From assembly GCA_902587085.1 (NCBI GenBank), contig CACIJX010000002.1, positions 6,158 to 70,157 of the forward strand: a DNA stretch of 64,000 bases. The letters are read 5' to 3'. Position numbers and translations under genes: made by a program. The notes under the pieces were generated by a model. That model made no database searches. It was not told the origin of the DNA and saw only the letters and a program-made list of their open reading frames with translations. Shown here one piece after another: positions 44,590-54,860 of this stretch (within the stretch, counting starts at the first letter, position 1; each line of letters begins with the position of its first letter). The stretch comes from an uncultured Pelagibacteraceae bacterium. Lineage in GTDB: Bacteria > Pseudomonadota > Alphaproteobacteria > Pelagibacterales > Pelagibacteraceae.

Positions 44590-45853
44590 TATTTTCTAGT
44601 GCTCTCCATCCTATATCTTTCCTAAAAAAACCATCAACCCAATTAATTTTTTTTAAAGTATCAAGTATTTGCGATCTTGCATTAACCAAAGTATTTGCCA
44701 AGCTGCAAATATTTAAAACTCTACCACCCGAAGATAAAATCTTATCATTTTTTTTGTATGTTCCTGCATGAAATATTTGATTGTTTTCATTTGATTTTAC
44801 AAATGATAAGTTTTTTATTTCAGAATTCTTTTTGTAATTACCCGGATAACCCTTTGCACACAAAACTATTGTCATACTTTTTTTTTTATTCAATTTAATT
44901 TCCGAATCACTTAAATTGTTTTTAATAGAGCAATCTATAATGTTTAAAAGGTCTGTTTCTAGTCTCATCATTATAACCTGACATTCAGGATCCCCCATTC
45001 TAATATTATATTCTATTAAATAAGGTTCATCTTTAAAGATCATCAAACCCGCATACAAAAAACCTTCGTATGGATGACCATAAGCTTTCATTGCATTAAG
45101 AGTTGGTTCTAATATTTTTTTTCTAATTTTTTCATCTAAAGAATTAGTTAACAATTTGGATGGGGAATAGGCACCCATACCTCCTGTGTTTGGCCCAATA
45201 TCGCCTTCGCCGACTCTTTTATGGTCCTGGGCTGAGCCAAAAAATTTATAAGATTTTCTGTCTACAATAATAAAATAACTTAATTCCTCTCCATTAAGGA
45301 ATTGCTCTAAAATAACTTTTTTAGATGATTTAAATTTTCCATTTAAAATTTCCTTTGTTTTTTCCTTTGCATCAAAAATTGAATTACATATTGAAACACC
45401 CTTACCTGCTGCCAATCCATCAGCTTTAACTACTATTGGAGTTCCATTTTTCTTTATGAATTTTTCAGCATCATTAAAGTTATCGAAGATCCCATAACCC
45501 GCTGTTGGAATATTATTTTTTTTACACAACTCTTTCATAAAAGCTTTTGAACCCTCTAGTTGGGATGCAAATTTATCTGGTCCAAAAACCTTAATTGATC
45601 TTTCCTTTAGGTAGTCTACAATTCCATCAACTAAAGGTTGCTCCGGACCAACAATAACAATATCTATATTTTTTTTCTTAATAATTTTATAAATTCCTTC
45701 AAAATTTTTTAAATCCTCGTTAATATTTTCAGCAATACTCTCTGTCCCAGCATTACCAGGTATACATACTAACTTTTTTAATCTTTTTGATTTATGTAAT
45801 TTGTAGCAAATTGCGTGCTCTCTACCGCCACTTCCTATAACTGCTAAATTCAT
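44570..45853 (-). CDS. purD: phosphoribosylamine-glycine ligase
   Basis: 427-aa ATP-grasp protein, typical PurD. Confidence 0.9.
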   Translation of the reverse strand: MNLAVIGSGGREHAICYKLHKSKRLKKLVCIPGNAGTESIAENINEDLKNFEGIYKIIKKKNIDIVIVGPEQPLVDGIVDYLKERSIKVFGPDKFASQLEGSKAFMKELCKKNNIPTAGYGIFDNFNDAEKFIKKNGTPIVVKADGLAAGKGVSICNSIFDAKEKTKEILNGKFKSSKKVILEQFLNGEELSYFIIVDRKSYKFFGSAQDHKRVGEGDIGPNTGGMGAYSPSKLLTNSLDEKIRKKILEPTLNAMKAYGHPYEGFLYAGLMIFKDEPYLIEYNIRMGDPECQVIMMRLETDLLNIIDCSIKNNLSDSEIKLNKKKSMTIVLCAKGYPGNYKKNSEIKNLSFVKSNENNQIFHAGTYKKNDKILSSGGRVLNICSLANTLVNARSQILDTLKKINWVDGFFRKDIGWRALENNENNKR

Positions 45854-45883
45854 ATATTATTGAAATTTAAAAATTAAATTAAC

Positions 45884-46084
45884 ATGACTGAAAATCAAGC
45901 AAAAGTTAAATTTTATCAAAACAAATTTGAAGTTATTAAGAATGGAGACCATGTTGTATGTGCAGTTTCTGGAAAGAATATTCCACTTAATGAACTTTTT
46001 TATTGGAATGTTGATTTACAGGAAGCTTATTTTTCACCAAAAGAAGTGAAAATTAGATATCAACAAATCAACAAAGAGGGATAA
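45884..46084 (+). CDS. small conserved protein (DUF2093-like)
   Basis: 66-aa ORF divergent from purD. The family call is from memory and uncertain. Confidence 0.4.
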   Translation: MTENQAKVKFYQNKFEVIKNGDHVVCAVSGKNIPLNELFYWNVDLQEAYFSPKEVKIRYQQINKEG

Positions 46085-46960
46085 TTATTTCCATCTATTG
46101 TGTGTCCAAATCCATTGATCCGGATTTTTATTAATCATTTTCTCAATAATTTGATTGATTTGAATAGTAATTCTTTTTTTATCTTCCTCTAAATTATCTG
46201 TTCTATTTGTTTGAAGTGGTTCAAGTATTTCCATCTCGAAAGAGTTATCATCTAATCTTTTCAAATAAATTGGAACGATTTCTAAATTAAACTTTATTGC
46301 TATTTGAGCAGGTATAGTTGTTGTGTGTGCCGGTATTCCAAAAAAAGGCACCCTATCAGACTCACCCACTCTTTGATCAACCATTAGAGCTATACTGTGT
46401 TTATTTTTGACGAAATCAATTATATCTCTTGTTCCTTTCAAACCTTTTTTGATCTGATTTTTACAAATGTATTTCTTTCTTAAGAAAACCATAAATGGAT
46501 CCAAGAAAATATTATTTAGAGGCCTGTAAATTGTAGCAAGATTGACACCACTTTTTTCTAGTTCCATAGCCATTAATTCAAAGTTTCCAAAATGCCCCGA
46601 AATAAATACAACTGGTTTTTTAAGCTTAATTATTTGATCAATTTTTTTATATCCTAAAATTTTAATGTGTTTTTTTTTAAATTTATTTAATCTGAATTTA
46701 TTTAGATGCACATATTCTGCGAAAACATAACCATAATTTTTCCACATAGACTTTATTATTTTTTTGATTTCAAAACTAGATTTATCTTTAAAAACATTAG
46801 AAATATTTTTCTCAACTAATTTTTTATTTCTAAAAAGAAAACCTACTTTTAAAAAAATAAAAGCAGAAATATTTCTTGCACCCTTAACTCCAATTAATTT
46901 GAAAATTAAAAATAATAAATAAATAAAGAAAGCTTCGATCAGGTATTTTAGTATCTTCAT
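46085..46960 (-). CDS. lpxL: lipid A biosynthesis late (lauroyl/myristoyl) acyltransferase
   Basis: 291 aa with an N-terminal TM and the HX4E-type motif SGHFGNFE. It sits in the lpxK-waaA-msbA operon. Confidence 0.75.
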   Translation of the reverse strand: MKILKYLIEAFFIYLLFLIFKLIGVKGARNISAFIFLKVGFLFRNKKLVEKNISNVFKDKSSFEIKKIIKSMWKNYGYVFAEYVHLNKFRLNKFKKKHIKILGYKKIDQIIKLKKPVVFISGHFGNFELMAMELEKSGVNLATIYRPLNNIFLDPFMVFLRKKYICKNQIKKGLKGTRDIIDFVKNKHSIALMVDQRVGESDRVPFFGIPAHTTTIPAQIAIKFNLEIVPIYLKRLDDNSFEMEILEPLQTNRTDNLEEDKKRITIQINQIIEKMINKNPDQWIWTHNRWK

Positions 46961-47886
46961 TTTATATATTTTTCTATGGTCTCTATAAGTTTCTCTTGAT
47001 TCTCAATTTCAACTTTTATCTCAATCATACTAAATCTTTTTCTTAAAAATTTACTTATTCTCAAGTAATCTTTTTCAGTCGTAACTAATTTTGCATTAAA
47101 CTTTTTTTCCAAAGTATTTAATTTATCAAAATCTTTATCAGTATAATTATAGTGGTCAGGAAAAGCTACTTCGCTTACAATATTTAATCTATTTGATTTT
47201 AAAATGTCAAAAAAATTACTAGGATTTCCTATACCGGCAAAAGGAATCAATTTTTTATTTTTAAAGTTGTTTAGATTTTTTAATAAGTATTTAAAGTAAA
47301 AAAAATTTAAATTTTTATTAAATTTTCTACATTTTTCCTCAAATTCTAAATTTTTATTTCCATTAATCATCACAATTTTGCATCTTTCTAACGCAGAGAG
47401 ATTTTCTCTTAAAGGCCCTGATGGTATCGTTTGTCCATTACCAATTTCCTGATTTTGGTTAAAACAAACTATGTTTAAATCCCTTTTTAATTTAAAGTCT
47501 TGAAAACCATCATCTAAAATCACAAGATCAAATTTCTTTTTTATAGCTTGCTCAAGCGAAGAATATCTATCATAATTTGTTATCACTTTTGCATATTTTG
47601 ATAATAATGTAATTTCATCATTTTGGTCTTTATAATTTTTTTTTATAATTACTGGATTTTTTTTTTTCTTAAAAATTTCATAGAGTTTTAATGCAACGGG
47701 AGTTTTTCCAGTCCCCCCAAGATATATATTACCTATACAAATGATAGGTATATTAAATTTTTTTTCATGGGATAGTCTTTTTTTTATATGGAAAATAAGT
47801 TGATACAAAATTGATAATGGCCACAAGAGAATTGAAAATATAGTAAAATATTTTTCGTCCCAGAATTTTGGTTTTTTATATTTCAT
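46957..47886 (-). CDS. lpxK: tetraacyldisaccharide 4'-kinase
   Basis: 309 aa with P-loop GGTGKTP. Confidence 0.85.
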   Translation of the reverse strand: MKYKKPKFWDEKYFTIFSILLWPLSILYQLIFHIKKRLSHEKKFNIPIICIGNIYLGGTGKTPVALKLYEIFKKKKNPVIIKKNYKDQNDEITLLSKYAKVITNYDRYSSLEQAIKKKFDLVILDDGFQDFKLKRDLNIVCFNQNQEIGNGQTIPSGPLRENLSALERCKIVMINGNKNLEFEEKCRKFNKNLNFFYFKYLLKNLNNFKNKKLIPFAGIGNPSNFFDILKSNRLNIVSEVAFPDHYNYTDKDFDKLNTLEKKFNAKLVTTEKDYLRISKFLRKRFSMIEIKVEIENQEKLIETIEKYIK

Positions 47887-49151
47887 TTAATTAATTTTTC
47901 GTATTCACTAATTGTATTATTAAAAATATCTTTACTTAAATTTTCTAATTCTTGATTTGTTTCGTGTTTTTTTTCACCAAATTTACCAGAGTTTTTAATA
48001 ATATTTTGAGCTAATTCTTCAGGTGTTATTATCTTTTTCGACAAATTTTTGTTCCCTAAAAAATCATAAATTTCCCTAAAATTGTAAACGTAAGGACCAT
48101 GGTATACTTTGCAACCTAGTTTTGCTGCATCGATAGGATTTTGGCCTCCCCGGTTCTTTAGTTTGCCCAATAATGATTTTCCGATAAAAATTTGGTTTAT
48201 TTTTTTAAGATATTTTGCAATTTCGCCATAATAATTTACCAATGCAATTTCTGTATTTTTATTAATACTATCTTTTTCATTTTTTAACTGAACATCAAAG
48301 CCCATTTTTTTTAAATTTGATGATATTTTTTGAATTTTATTAATGTGCCTTGGTATTAAAATAAGAGTAGATGGTTTAAGTTTTTTTTGTATAATTTTAT
48401 GGGCCTTTCCTAAAAAGATTTCCTCATTAGGATGGGTACTAATTGCACACCAAACAAAATTATTTATAATTTGATCAAACTGATATTCTTTTGTATTTTT
48501 ACCAATCTTTATTAAAGAACAATATTTTATATTTCCAAAAAATTTAACATTACTAACATTAAAATATTTTAAATAATCTATTGTCTCTTTGCTTGAAGCT
48601 ATACACAATGTAAATTTACTGAAAAGCTCTGACGCAAAATTGTTTACAATTTTCCATCTTTTAAAACTTTTTTTTGTAATTCTAGCATTTAATAATAGAA
48701 AAGGTAAATTTTCTTTTCCAATTTTTAAAATAAAATTAGGCCAAATTTCTGAGTCCACAAATGACACAATATCAGGTCTCCAATTTTTAAAAAAATTATT
48801 TATTAGAAAATTTGTATCATAAGGTAAAAATTGATGAAAAAAATTATTATTATCTTCATATTTTTTTTTAAATTCTTTATAAGAACTTAAAGTTGTAGTT
48901 GTAATAAGAAAGTTATAATTTTTATTTTTTTCATTAAAATAATTTAATATAGGAATAATACTATTAAATTCGCCTAAACTAGCAACATGAAACCAAAACA
49001 AATATCCGTCTGGTCTTTTAAATTTAGCAGGAAAAATTTTTTCTGTGAATTTAGATTTATCTTCTTTATTTATAAAAATTCTAAAAAAAATTATTAAACA
49101 AAATGGTATATAAAAAATTTTTATTAAAATGGTATATAAAAACTTTGACAT
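47883..49151 (-). CDS. waaA: 3-deoxy-D-manno-octulosonic acid transferase
   Basis: 422 aa with motif LWFHVASLGEF. Confidence 0.85.
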   Translation of the reverse strand: MSKFLYTILIKIFYIPFCLIIFFRIFINKEDKSKFTEKIFPAKFKRPDGYLFWFHVASLGEFNSIIPILNYFNEKNKNYNFLITTTTLSSYKEFKKKYEDNNNFFHQFLPYDTNFLINNFFKNWRPDIVSFVDSEIWPNFILKIGKENLPFLLLNARITKKSFKRWKIVNNFASELFSKFTLCIASSKETIDYLKYFNVSNVKFFGNIKYCSLIKIGKNTKEYQFDQIINNFVWCAISTHPNEEIFLGKAHKIIQKKLKPSTLILIPRHINKIQKISSNLKKMGFDVQLKNEKDSINKNTEIALVNYYGEIAKYLKKINQIFIGKSLLGKLKNRGGQNPIDAAKLGCKVYHGPYVYNFREIYDFLGNKNLSKKIITPEELAQNIIKNSGKFGEKKHETNQELENLSKDIFNNTISEYEKLIK

Positions 49152-49158
49152 ATTTCAT

Positions 49159-50907
49159 TTATATAACTTGTTTGTTATAAAGGTTCTTGTAATCTCCAGA
49201 CGTTTGCATTAGTAAATCATGTTTTCCAGAACTCACTATATTTCCATCTCGCATGACAATAATATTGTCTGCTTTTTTTATTGTTGATAATCTATGAGCA
49301 ATAACTAGTGTCGTTTTATTTTTTGTAAGATTAAAAATAGCGTTCTGAACTTTTTGCTCCGACTCAGTATCAAGTGATGATGTAGCCTCATCGAGAAGAA
49401 TAATGGGAGCATTTTTGAGTATAGCTCTTGCAATAGATAGCCGTTGTTTTTGTCCCCCAGAAAGTCTTACTCCATTTTCTCCTATTGTTGTTTGATATTT
49501 ATCTGGTAATTCATTAATAAATTCATCCGCAACAGCCTGTTCGCAGGCTTCATGCATTTCTTCATCTGTTGCATCAATTTTAGCAAATTTGATATTATTC
49601 TCTACAGTGTCATCGAATAAGATTGTATCTTGGCTTACCATAGAAATTTGATCTCTTAATGAGTAAAGAGAAACCCTATCAATATCTTGGCCATCAATTA
49701 CAATTTTTCCTTCCTGTTGTTGGAAGAATCTTGGAATTAAATTCATAATAGTACTTTTTCCAGCACCGCTATGACCAACCAATGCAGTAATTTTTCCACC
49801 TTCAATGTCTAAACTAATATTTTTAATAGCACTTACTTTCCCGGCCTTATACTTAAAATTTACTTTTTCAAATTTTATATCTCCTTTTTTTATTTTTAGC
49901 CCAGGAAACTTTTCCTCATCTCTTATTTGGATTTTTTCGTCAATTATCGCAAAAATCCTTTTAGCTGCAGCTGTTCCTTGGTAAATTGTCATATTTAAAG
50001 TAGCTAAGGATCTTGTAGGTTGATAAGAGAGCATCATTGCTGTCAAAAAAGAAAAGAAATTATTAATACCTAATTCACCATTTGATATTAGAAATCCTGC
50101 AAAATAAATAAAACCAGCTATCATTATACCAGTTAAGGTTTCCATTATGGGCGTAGCTCTAATTAGTGTTTTTCCTATTTTTATACCTTTTTGTGTAACA
50201 TCTTTTATTGCAGCCTCAGATCTCTGTTGTTCAATTTTTTCTCTTCTATAAATCTTTATGATTCTTGCGCCCTTAATAGTTTCTAGAAGCAAAGTAGAAA
50301 ATGATCCAACAGAACGAGCAGCCTGGGTGGTTACTTTGCCCATTCTTTTTCCAAGCGATTTTGCAAAAATGGCTGCTAATGGAATCATTAAAACAGCAAA
50401 CAAAGCTAGTTTCCAATTTTGATAAAACATTAGTGAAACCAAAGCTACTAATGTTAAACTATCTTTGAGCATATTAAGAACCCCAGTGCTTATTAAATTT
50501 TGAATTTGTCCCACATCATATAAAAAGTCAGAAATGTACTTTCCAGAATGTTTTTCCTCTAAGGTTTGCGTGTCAGACAGTAGAAGATGTTCAGCCATTT
50601 GGTTCTGTAAGTTTTGAACGACTCGAAAACCTACTACAATCACGAGTAATCTTCCCATATATAATGAAATGGCTTTAGCAGTAAAAACTAAAATTATTGC
50701 TATGGGAATTAAAGCCGCATAAGTTCGATTATTTTCAATAAAGATTTTTTTGACCGCTGGATCTAATAACCATGCAATTGCAGCAGTTGTTCCCGCAACT
50801 ACCAAAGAGAAAAATAAAGCAGCTATAAGTCGCCCAATATATTTTATGACGTATTCTCTGTATAATCTTTTTAAGTAATAAATTATTTCACTAACAGTTA
50901 ATGACAT
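49159..50907 (-). CDS. msbA: lipid A export ABC transporter (fused permease/ATPase)
   Basis: 582 aa with six TM segments and an NBD (GHSGAGKST, LSGGQKQR, ILLDEATS). Confidence 0.85.
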   Translation of the reverse strand: MSLTVSEIIYYLKRLYREYVIKYIGRLIAALFFSLVVAGTTAAIAWLLDPAVKKIFIENNRTYAALIPIAIILVFTAKAISLYMGRLLVIVVGFRVVQNLQNQMAEHLLLSDTQTLEEKHSGKYISDFLYDVGQIQNLISTGVLNMLKDSLTLVALVSLMFYQNWKLALFAVLMIPLAAIFAKSLGKRMGKVTTQAARSVGSFSTLLLETIKGARIIKIYRREKIEQQRSEAAIKDVTQKGIKIGKTLIRATPIMETLTGIMIAGFIYFAGFLISNGELGINNFFSFLTAMMLSYQPTRSLATLNMTIYQGTAAAKRIFAIIDEKIQIRDEEKFPGLKIKKGDIKFEKVNFKYKAGKVSAIKNISLDIEGGKITALVGHSGAGKSTIMNLIPRFFQQQEGKIVIDGQDIDRVSLYSLRDQISMVSQDTILFDDTVENNIKFAKIDATDEEMHEACEQAVADEFINELPDKYQTTIGENGVRLSGGQKQRLSIARAILKNAPIILLDEATSSLDTESEQKVQNAIFNLTKNKTTLVIAHRLSTIKKADNIIVMRDGNIVSSGKHDLLMQTSGDYKNLYNKQVI

Positions 50908-51773
50908 TAAATTTTTGTAACCTCTATTAAAATAGCTAAAAACACAAATAATCCAGATAAATTATTCAATTTAAATGCTTTTAATGAATTTTTTGGTTTT
51001 TTTATACTAAAAATTTTTATTTGGTAAAAGAGACTCGCCATAAATAAAAAAATAAATAAAAAACCAAAATTGATATCCATTTTAATCATAACAAAAGATA
51101 TGAACAATGAACTTAAGAAATAACACATACCAATAAATAATTTAAGGTTTTTCTTAAATTTAATAGATGTAGATTTTACTCCTATCACCTCATCGTCAGA
51201 TAAATCTTGTAATCCATAAATCGTGTCATAGCCTAGTGTCCAAAATATGGCTCCAATATAAAGAAGTACCGGCAAGTATGTAATCTCGTTTGAAATGGAT
51301 ACCCAACCCATTATAATTCCCCAATTAAAAGTAAATCCTAAAAATAGTTGTGGCCAGTAAGTAAATCTTTTCATGAAAGGGTAACTAAAAGCAAATATCA
51401 TTGAAAAAATTCCTAAATAAATTGTTAATTTGTTGAATTGAATTAAGACTAAAAAAGCTAATGAGCATAAAACCAAAACATAAGTCCATGCTAAGTTTTT
51501 ACTCAAAGATCCAGAAGCTATCGGTCTATTTTTTGTTCTTGAAACCCTTTTATCTATTTTTTCATCAACTATGTCATTAACTATACAGCCAGCACTTCTC
51601 ATTAATACTGAACCACACAAAAAAAGAAATAAATAATATATAAAATTTTGTAGATCTTTCTGAAAAAAATAAGAAAGTGATAAACCCCACGAACATGGCC
51701 AAAACAATAAAAAAAAACCAATCGGTTTATTTAATCTAGTTATATTTATGAAATTTTTAAGATGTACTGACAT
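50907..51773 (-). CDS. ubiA: 4-hydroxybenzoate polyprenyltransferase
   Basis: 288 aa with motif NDIVDEKIDKRVSRTKNRPIASG. Confidence 0.85.
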   Translation of the reverse strand: MSVHLKNFINITRLNKPIGFFLLFWPCSWGLSLSYFFQKDLQNFIYYLFLFLCGSVLMRSAGCIVNDIVDEKIDKRVSRTKNRPIASGSLSKNLAWTYVLVLCSLAFLVLIQFNKLTIYLGIFSMIFAFSYPFMKRFTYWPQLFLGFTFNWGIIMGWVSISNEITYLPVLLYIGAIFWTLGYDTIYGLQDLSDDEVIGVKSTSIKFKKNLKLFIGMCYFLSSLFISFVMIKMDINFGFLFIFLFMASLFYQIKIFSIKKPKNSLKAFKLNNLSGLFVFLAILIEVTKI

Positions 51774-51825
51774 TATTAGTTCTTGTAAATATCAAACACT
51801 AAATACATAATCAATTTGATTCGAT

Positions 51826-52233
51826 ATGAATATAGATTATACGGTTACCGCCCTTATGTTTCCAGCCATACCCCTGGTGATGACTGTCTATAGTAATAGG
51901 TTTCATACTTTGAGCGCACTGATCAGAAAGTTGCATGACGAACATGTATTTGAAAAACACATTCCTCCTGAATGGGAAAAGCAACTTAAAAACCTAAGTA
52001 AAAGAATAAATTACTTAAAATTTGCCATTGGTGCAGCTAGTTTAGGATTTTTGTTTAATATGCTAACTGTCCTAGGACTATATTTAGATGCTGTGATTAT
52101 TGCTAGGCTTATTTTCGCATCATGCTGTATATCTATGATTATTTCGATACTTTTATTTTTACTTGAAATTTTTCTTTCTACAAATGCGCTGAAACTGCAC
52201 TTGTCTGATATGAAAATAGATAATAAAAAGTAA
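51826..52233 (+). CDS. DUF2721-like membrane protein
   Basis: 135 aa with three TM segments. The family call is from memory. Confidence 0.5.
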   Translation: MNIDYTVTALMFPAIPLVMTVYSNRFHTLSALIRKLHDEHVFEKHIPPEWEKQLKNLSKRINYLKFAIGAASLGFLFNMLTVLGLYLDAVIIARLIFASCCISMIISILLFLLEIFLSTNALKLHLSDMKIDNKK

Positions 52234-52238
52234 TTGCT

Positions 52239-52340
52239 ATGAAGATTAATGCAATGAGAGCCTTTATAATCGCCTCGATAATCATTATACTTCTATATGC
52301 GTTAGGTTTATTTTTACCTATAATTTTAACATCAAATTAA
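52239..52340 (+). CDS. hypothetical 33-aa single-TM peptide (MKINAMRAFIIASIIIILLYALGLFLPIILTSN)
   Basis: Hand-translated and below the ORF-track cutoff. It fills the gap between two plus-strand genes with 5-nt and 2-nt spacers. Confidence 0.25.
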   Translation: MKINAMRAFIIASIIIILLYALGLFLPIILTSN

Positions 52341-52342
52341 TT

Positions 52343-52534
52343 ATGTTTAGTAAACCAGTTATACTTATTATTATATTAATTTTGCTAATTTCATTTTATT
52401 TAGTAATTCGAATTGGGGCTGGTAAAAAGAAAGAAATAGAAAACTCACAAAGTTTAACGAGATATCTTTTTGGTGTAAGAATATTAGTAATTATATTAGC
52501 TGCTGTAGGTTTAATCTTATGGCTTTTTCTCTAA
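52343..52534 (+). CDS. hypothetical 63-aa two-TM protein
   Basis: ORF track entry; hydrophobic with no recognisable family. Confidence 0.35.
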   Translation: MFSKPVILIIILILLISFYLVIRIGAGKKKEIENSQSLTRYLFGVRILVIILAAVGLILWLFL

Positions 52535-52792
52535 TTTTTTTGAATACACTAGCTTTCCAAACTCAATTTTCTCTTGATACGATCGCTCAAAAGTTTTTAA
52601 TTGTGTATCACTCATTCTTTTTCTAAGAACTTTAAGATTACTCATTTTCCAGTCGTCCAAAGTCGTCGGATTCTTCCAAATTTTTTTTTCTTCCTCAGAT
52701 CTTGCACAACCAAAACACAAACCTGTAACCGGATCACTTTTACATATACTTATACAAGGACTTAAAATAGATTTTTTTTTTGAATTAATCAT
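52517..52792 (-). CDS. DUF1289-like small Cys-rich protein
   Basis: 91 aa with the motif CISICKSDPVTGLCFGCARSEEE. Confidence 0.65.
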   Translation of the reverse strand: MINSKKKSILSPCISICKSDPVTGLCFGCARSEEEKKIWKNPTTLDDWKMSNLKVLRKRMSDTQLKTFERSYQEKIEFGKLVYSKKLEKKP

Positions 52793-53762
52793 TTGGAATC
52801 AAAATTGCTGGTCCTATTATTTTTCTTGACTCTAGGTCCTCGTGGGACTTTCTTGCATCTGATAACAAATATTCTTTAAAAATTTTAACTTTAATTTTGC
52901 CAAATTTAATTTTTTCGAATAGGGTCTTGCCAGCATCCTGAAGTTCACCTTCGTCAGAGTGATGCCCTAAAACTGGACGAGTAAAAAATAAACTCTTTGG
53001 CTGGATGTACTTTGGAACATTAATTGGTTCTAAAGGCCCAGATGAATTACCAAAAGAAACCATCATTCCTCTTGTTTTTAATGAACCAACAGATCCAGTG
53101 AATGTATCTTTCCCAACTCCATCATAAACCACATCTACTCCTTTACCATTTGTAATTTCTTTGATTCTTTTTTCAAAATTTTCTTTTTTATAGTTTATTA
53201 CAAAGTCACAACCATTATCTTTAGCTATGCCTACTTTTTCTTCTGAACCAACTGTTCCGATTAATTTACAACCTAAACTTTTTGCCCATTGGCAAAAAAT
53301 TTGTCCGACCCCACCGGCAGCTGCATGAAAAAGAATTGTTTCGCTAGCACCAGGTTTGTAAGTTTTATACAATAAATAGTGTGTTGTTAAACCCTTTGTC
53401 ATAACTGATGCAGCAATTTTATGATTTATTCCATCTGGAATTTTAACCGCAATCTTTTCTGGAATAATTCTTTCTTCAGAATATGATCCTAAAGGTGTAG
53501 ATGCATATGCTATATTATCACCTATACTAAAATTTTTAACCTCGGAACCAATTTCCTCTACAACTCCCGCACCCTCCATACCAATGCCACTTGGCAGTTT
53601 AAGAGGATAGAGACCTGATCTATGGTAGGTATCTATAAAGTTTAATCCAATTGCTAAATTTTTAATTTTAATATCTTTTGGTCCAGGACTTCCAACTTTT
53701 GTTTCTTTTTGTTGTAATACCTCAGGTCCTCCATGCTCATTAATTATAATTGATTTTGCCAT
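52785..53762 (-). CDS. qor: NADPH:quinone oxidoreductase (zeta-crystallin family MDR)
   Basis: 325-aa medium-chain dehydrogenase with nucleotide motif AAAGGVG. Confidence 0.8.
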   Translation of the reverse strand: MAKSIIINEHGGPEVLQQKETKVGSPGPKDIKIKNLAIGLNFIDTYHRSGLYPLKLPSGIGMEGAGVVEEIGSEVKNFSIGDNIAYASTPLGSYSEERIIPEKIAVKIPDGINHKIAASVMTKGLTTHYLLYKTYKPGASETILFHAAAGGVGQIFCQWAKSLGCKLIGTVGSEEKVGIAKDNGCDFVINYKKENFEKRIKEITNGKGVDVVYDGVGKDTFTGSVGSLKTRGMMVSFGNSSGPLEPINVPKYIQPKSLFFTRPVLGHHSDEGELQDAGKTLFEKIKFGKIKVKIFKEYLLSDARKSHEDLESRKIIGPAILIPND

Positions 53763-53783
53763 TGCAGCTTATATAAATTCTTC

Positions 53784-54503
53784 ATGACTTCAAAAGCAAG
53801 ACTTTTTTATCACAAAGAATTAAAAAGTGACCTTATCTCTAAACTTTCTGAAAGCCAATCTCATTATACCAAAAATGTTATGAGATTAAGACCAGGTGAC
53901 AAAATATCTCTTTTTAATCCAACAAATGGAGAGTGGGATGCTTGTATACTTAAACACGATAAAAACTTAACTGAATTTAAAGTAGAAAAATTATCTAGAG
54001 CAATAATGGAAGAAGCTAATTTATGGTTGGCCTTTTCTCCTATAAAAAAAAACCCACAAGATTTTATGCTACAAAAAACAACAGAACTTGGAATTCAAAA
54101 ATTTTTTCCACTTTTATGCCAAAGAAGTATCACAAAGGAAATCAATCTTGATAGAGCAAAAAAAATTATTACCGAGGCGAGTGAGCAATCTAATAGAATA
54201 TCGGTTCCAGAGATATTAAAAATTCAAAATCTAGAAAATTTCATTAAAAATTTTCCAAAAAATGGACACCTAATTTTTTGTGACATTAATTGTAAAGACA
54301 CTGATTTAAAAAATATTTTATTAAAAAAAAATCCAGTTTGTTTATTGGTTGGTCCAGAGGGAGACTTTTCTGAAAATGAAAGACAATTAATAGTTGATAA
54401 CAAAAAAACCATTTCTATCTCATTAGCTAAGAATATTTTACGTGCTGAGACAGCAGCAATAGCTGCAACTACAATTTTAAGTTATAAGTTAAATTTTAAG
54501 TAA
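53784..54503 (+). CDS. rsmE: 16S rRNA (uracil1498-N3)-methyltransferase
   Basis: 239 aa with an RsmE-like N-terminus (..HYTKNVMRLRPGD..) and a C-terminal SPOUT region (GPEGDFSENE). Confidence 0.8.
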   Translation: MTSKARLFYHKELKSDLISKLSESQSHYTKNVMRLRPGDKISLFNPTNGEWDACILKHDKNLTEFKVEKLSRAIMEEANLWLAFSPIKKNPQDFMLQKTTELGIQKFFPLLCQRSITKEINLDRAKKIITEASEQSNRISVPEILKIQNLENFIKNFPKNGHLIFCDINCKDTDLKNILLKKNPVCLLVGPEGDFSENERQLIVDNKKTISISLAKNILRAETAAIAATTILSYKLNFK

Positions 54504-54598
54504 TTTACCCTTTAAATTTAAGCAGAATTTTACCTTGCAAAAGTGTCGCAAAACCTTATTAAACATGCATAAAGTATTTATATATAGTAAATTAAATT

Positions 54599-54859
54599 AT
54601 GAGCACATCATACGCATTACTTCTAGGGCTAGTCATTTTTTTAGTCTTGTTCATTTATTTCGTATTTTTTTCGGTGTCACTTAGACTCGAAAAAAACGAA
54701 AATGAGGCAGAACTTGCAGTAAAAAGAAAATCAGTGCCATTTAGGTGGAGAGATTTAGTTGACTCTAAAAACAAGAAGATGGGTTTTATAGATTTAGGAA
54801 ATCACATTTTAATTGCAGGGATCATACTATTAGGAATTTTTATTATTATAAACGCATAA
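54599..54859 (+). CDS. small two-TM protein, first gene of the cytochrome oxidase cluster
   Basis: 86-aa ORF. Its stop lies 1 nt before the coxB ATG. Confidence 0.45.
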   Translation: MSTSYALLLGLVIFLVLFIYFVFFSVSLRLEKNENEAELAVKRKSVPFRWRDLVDSKNKKMGFIDLGNHILIAGIILLGIFIIINA

Positions 54860-54860
54860 A

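Noticed and set aside
54535-54551. TTGCAAAAGTGTCGCAA upstream of the oxidase cluster as an FNR/FixK-type box
   Set aside because: Only a 4-bp inverted repeat (TTGC/GCAA) with 9-nt spacing is present. It does not match TTGAT-N4-ATCAA.
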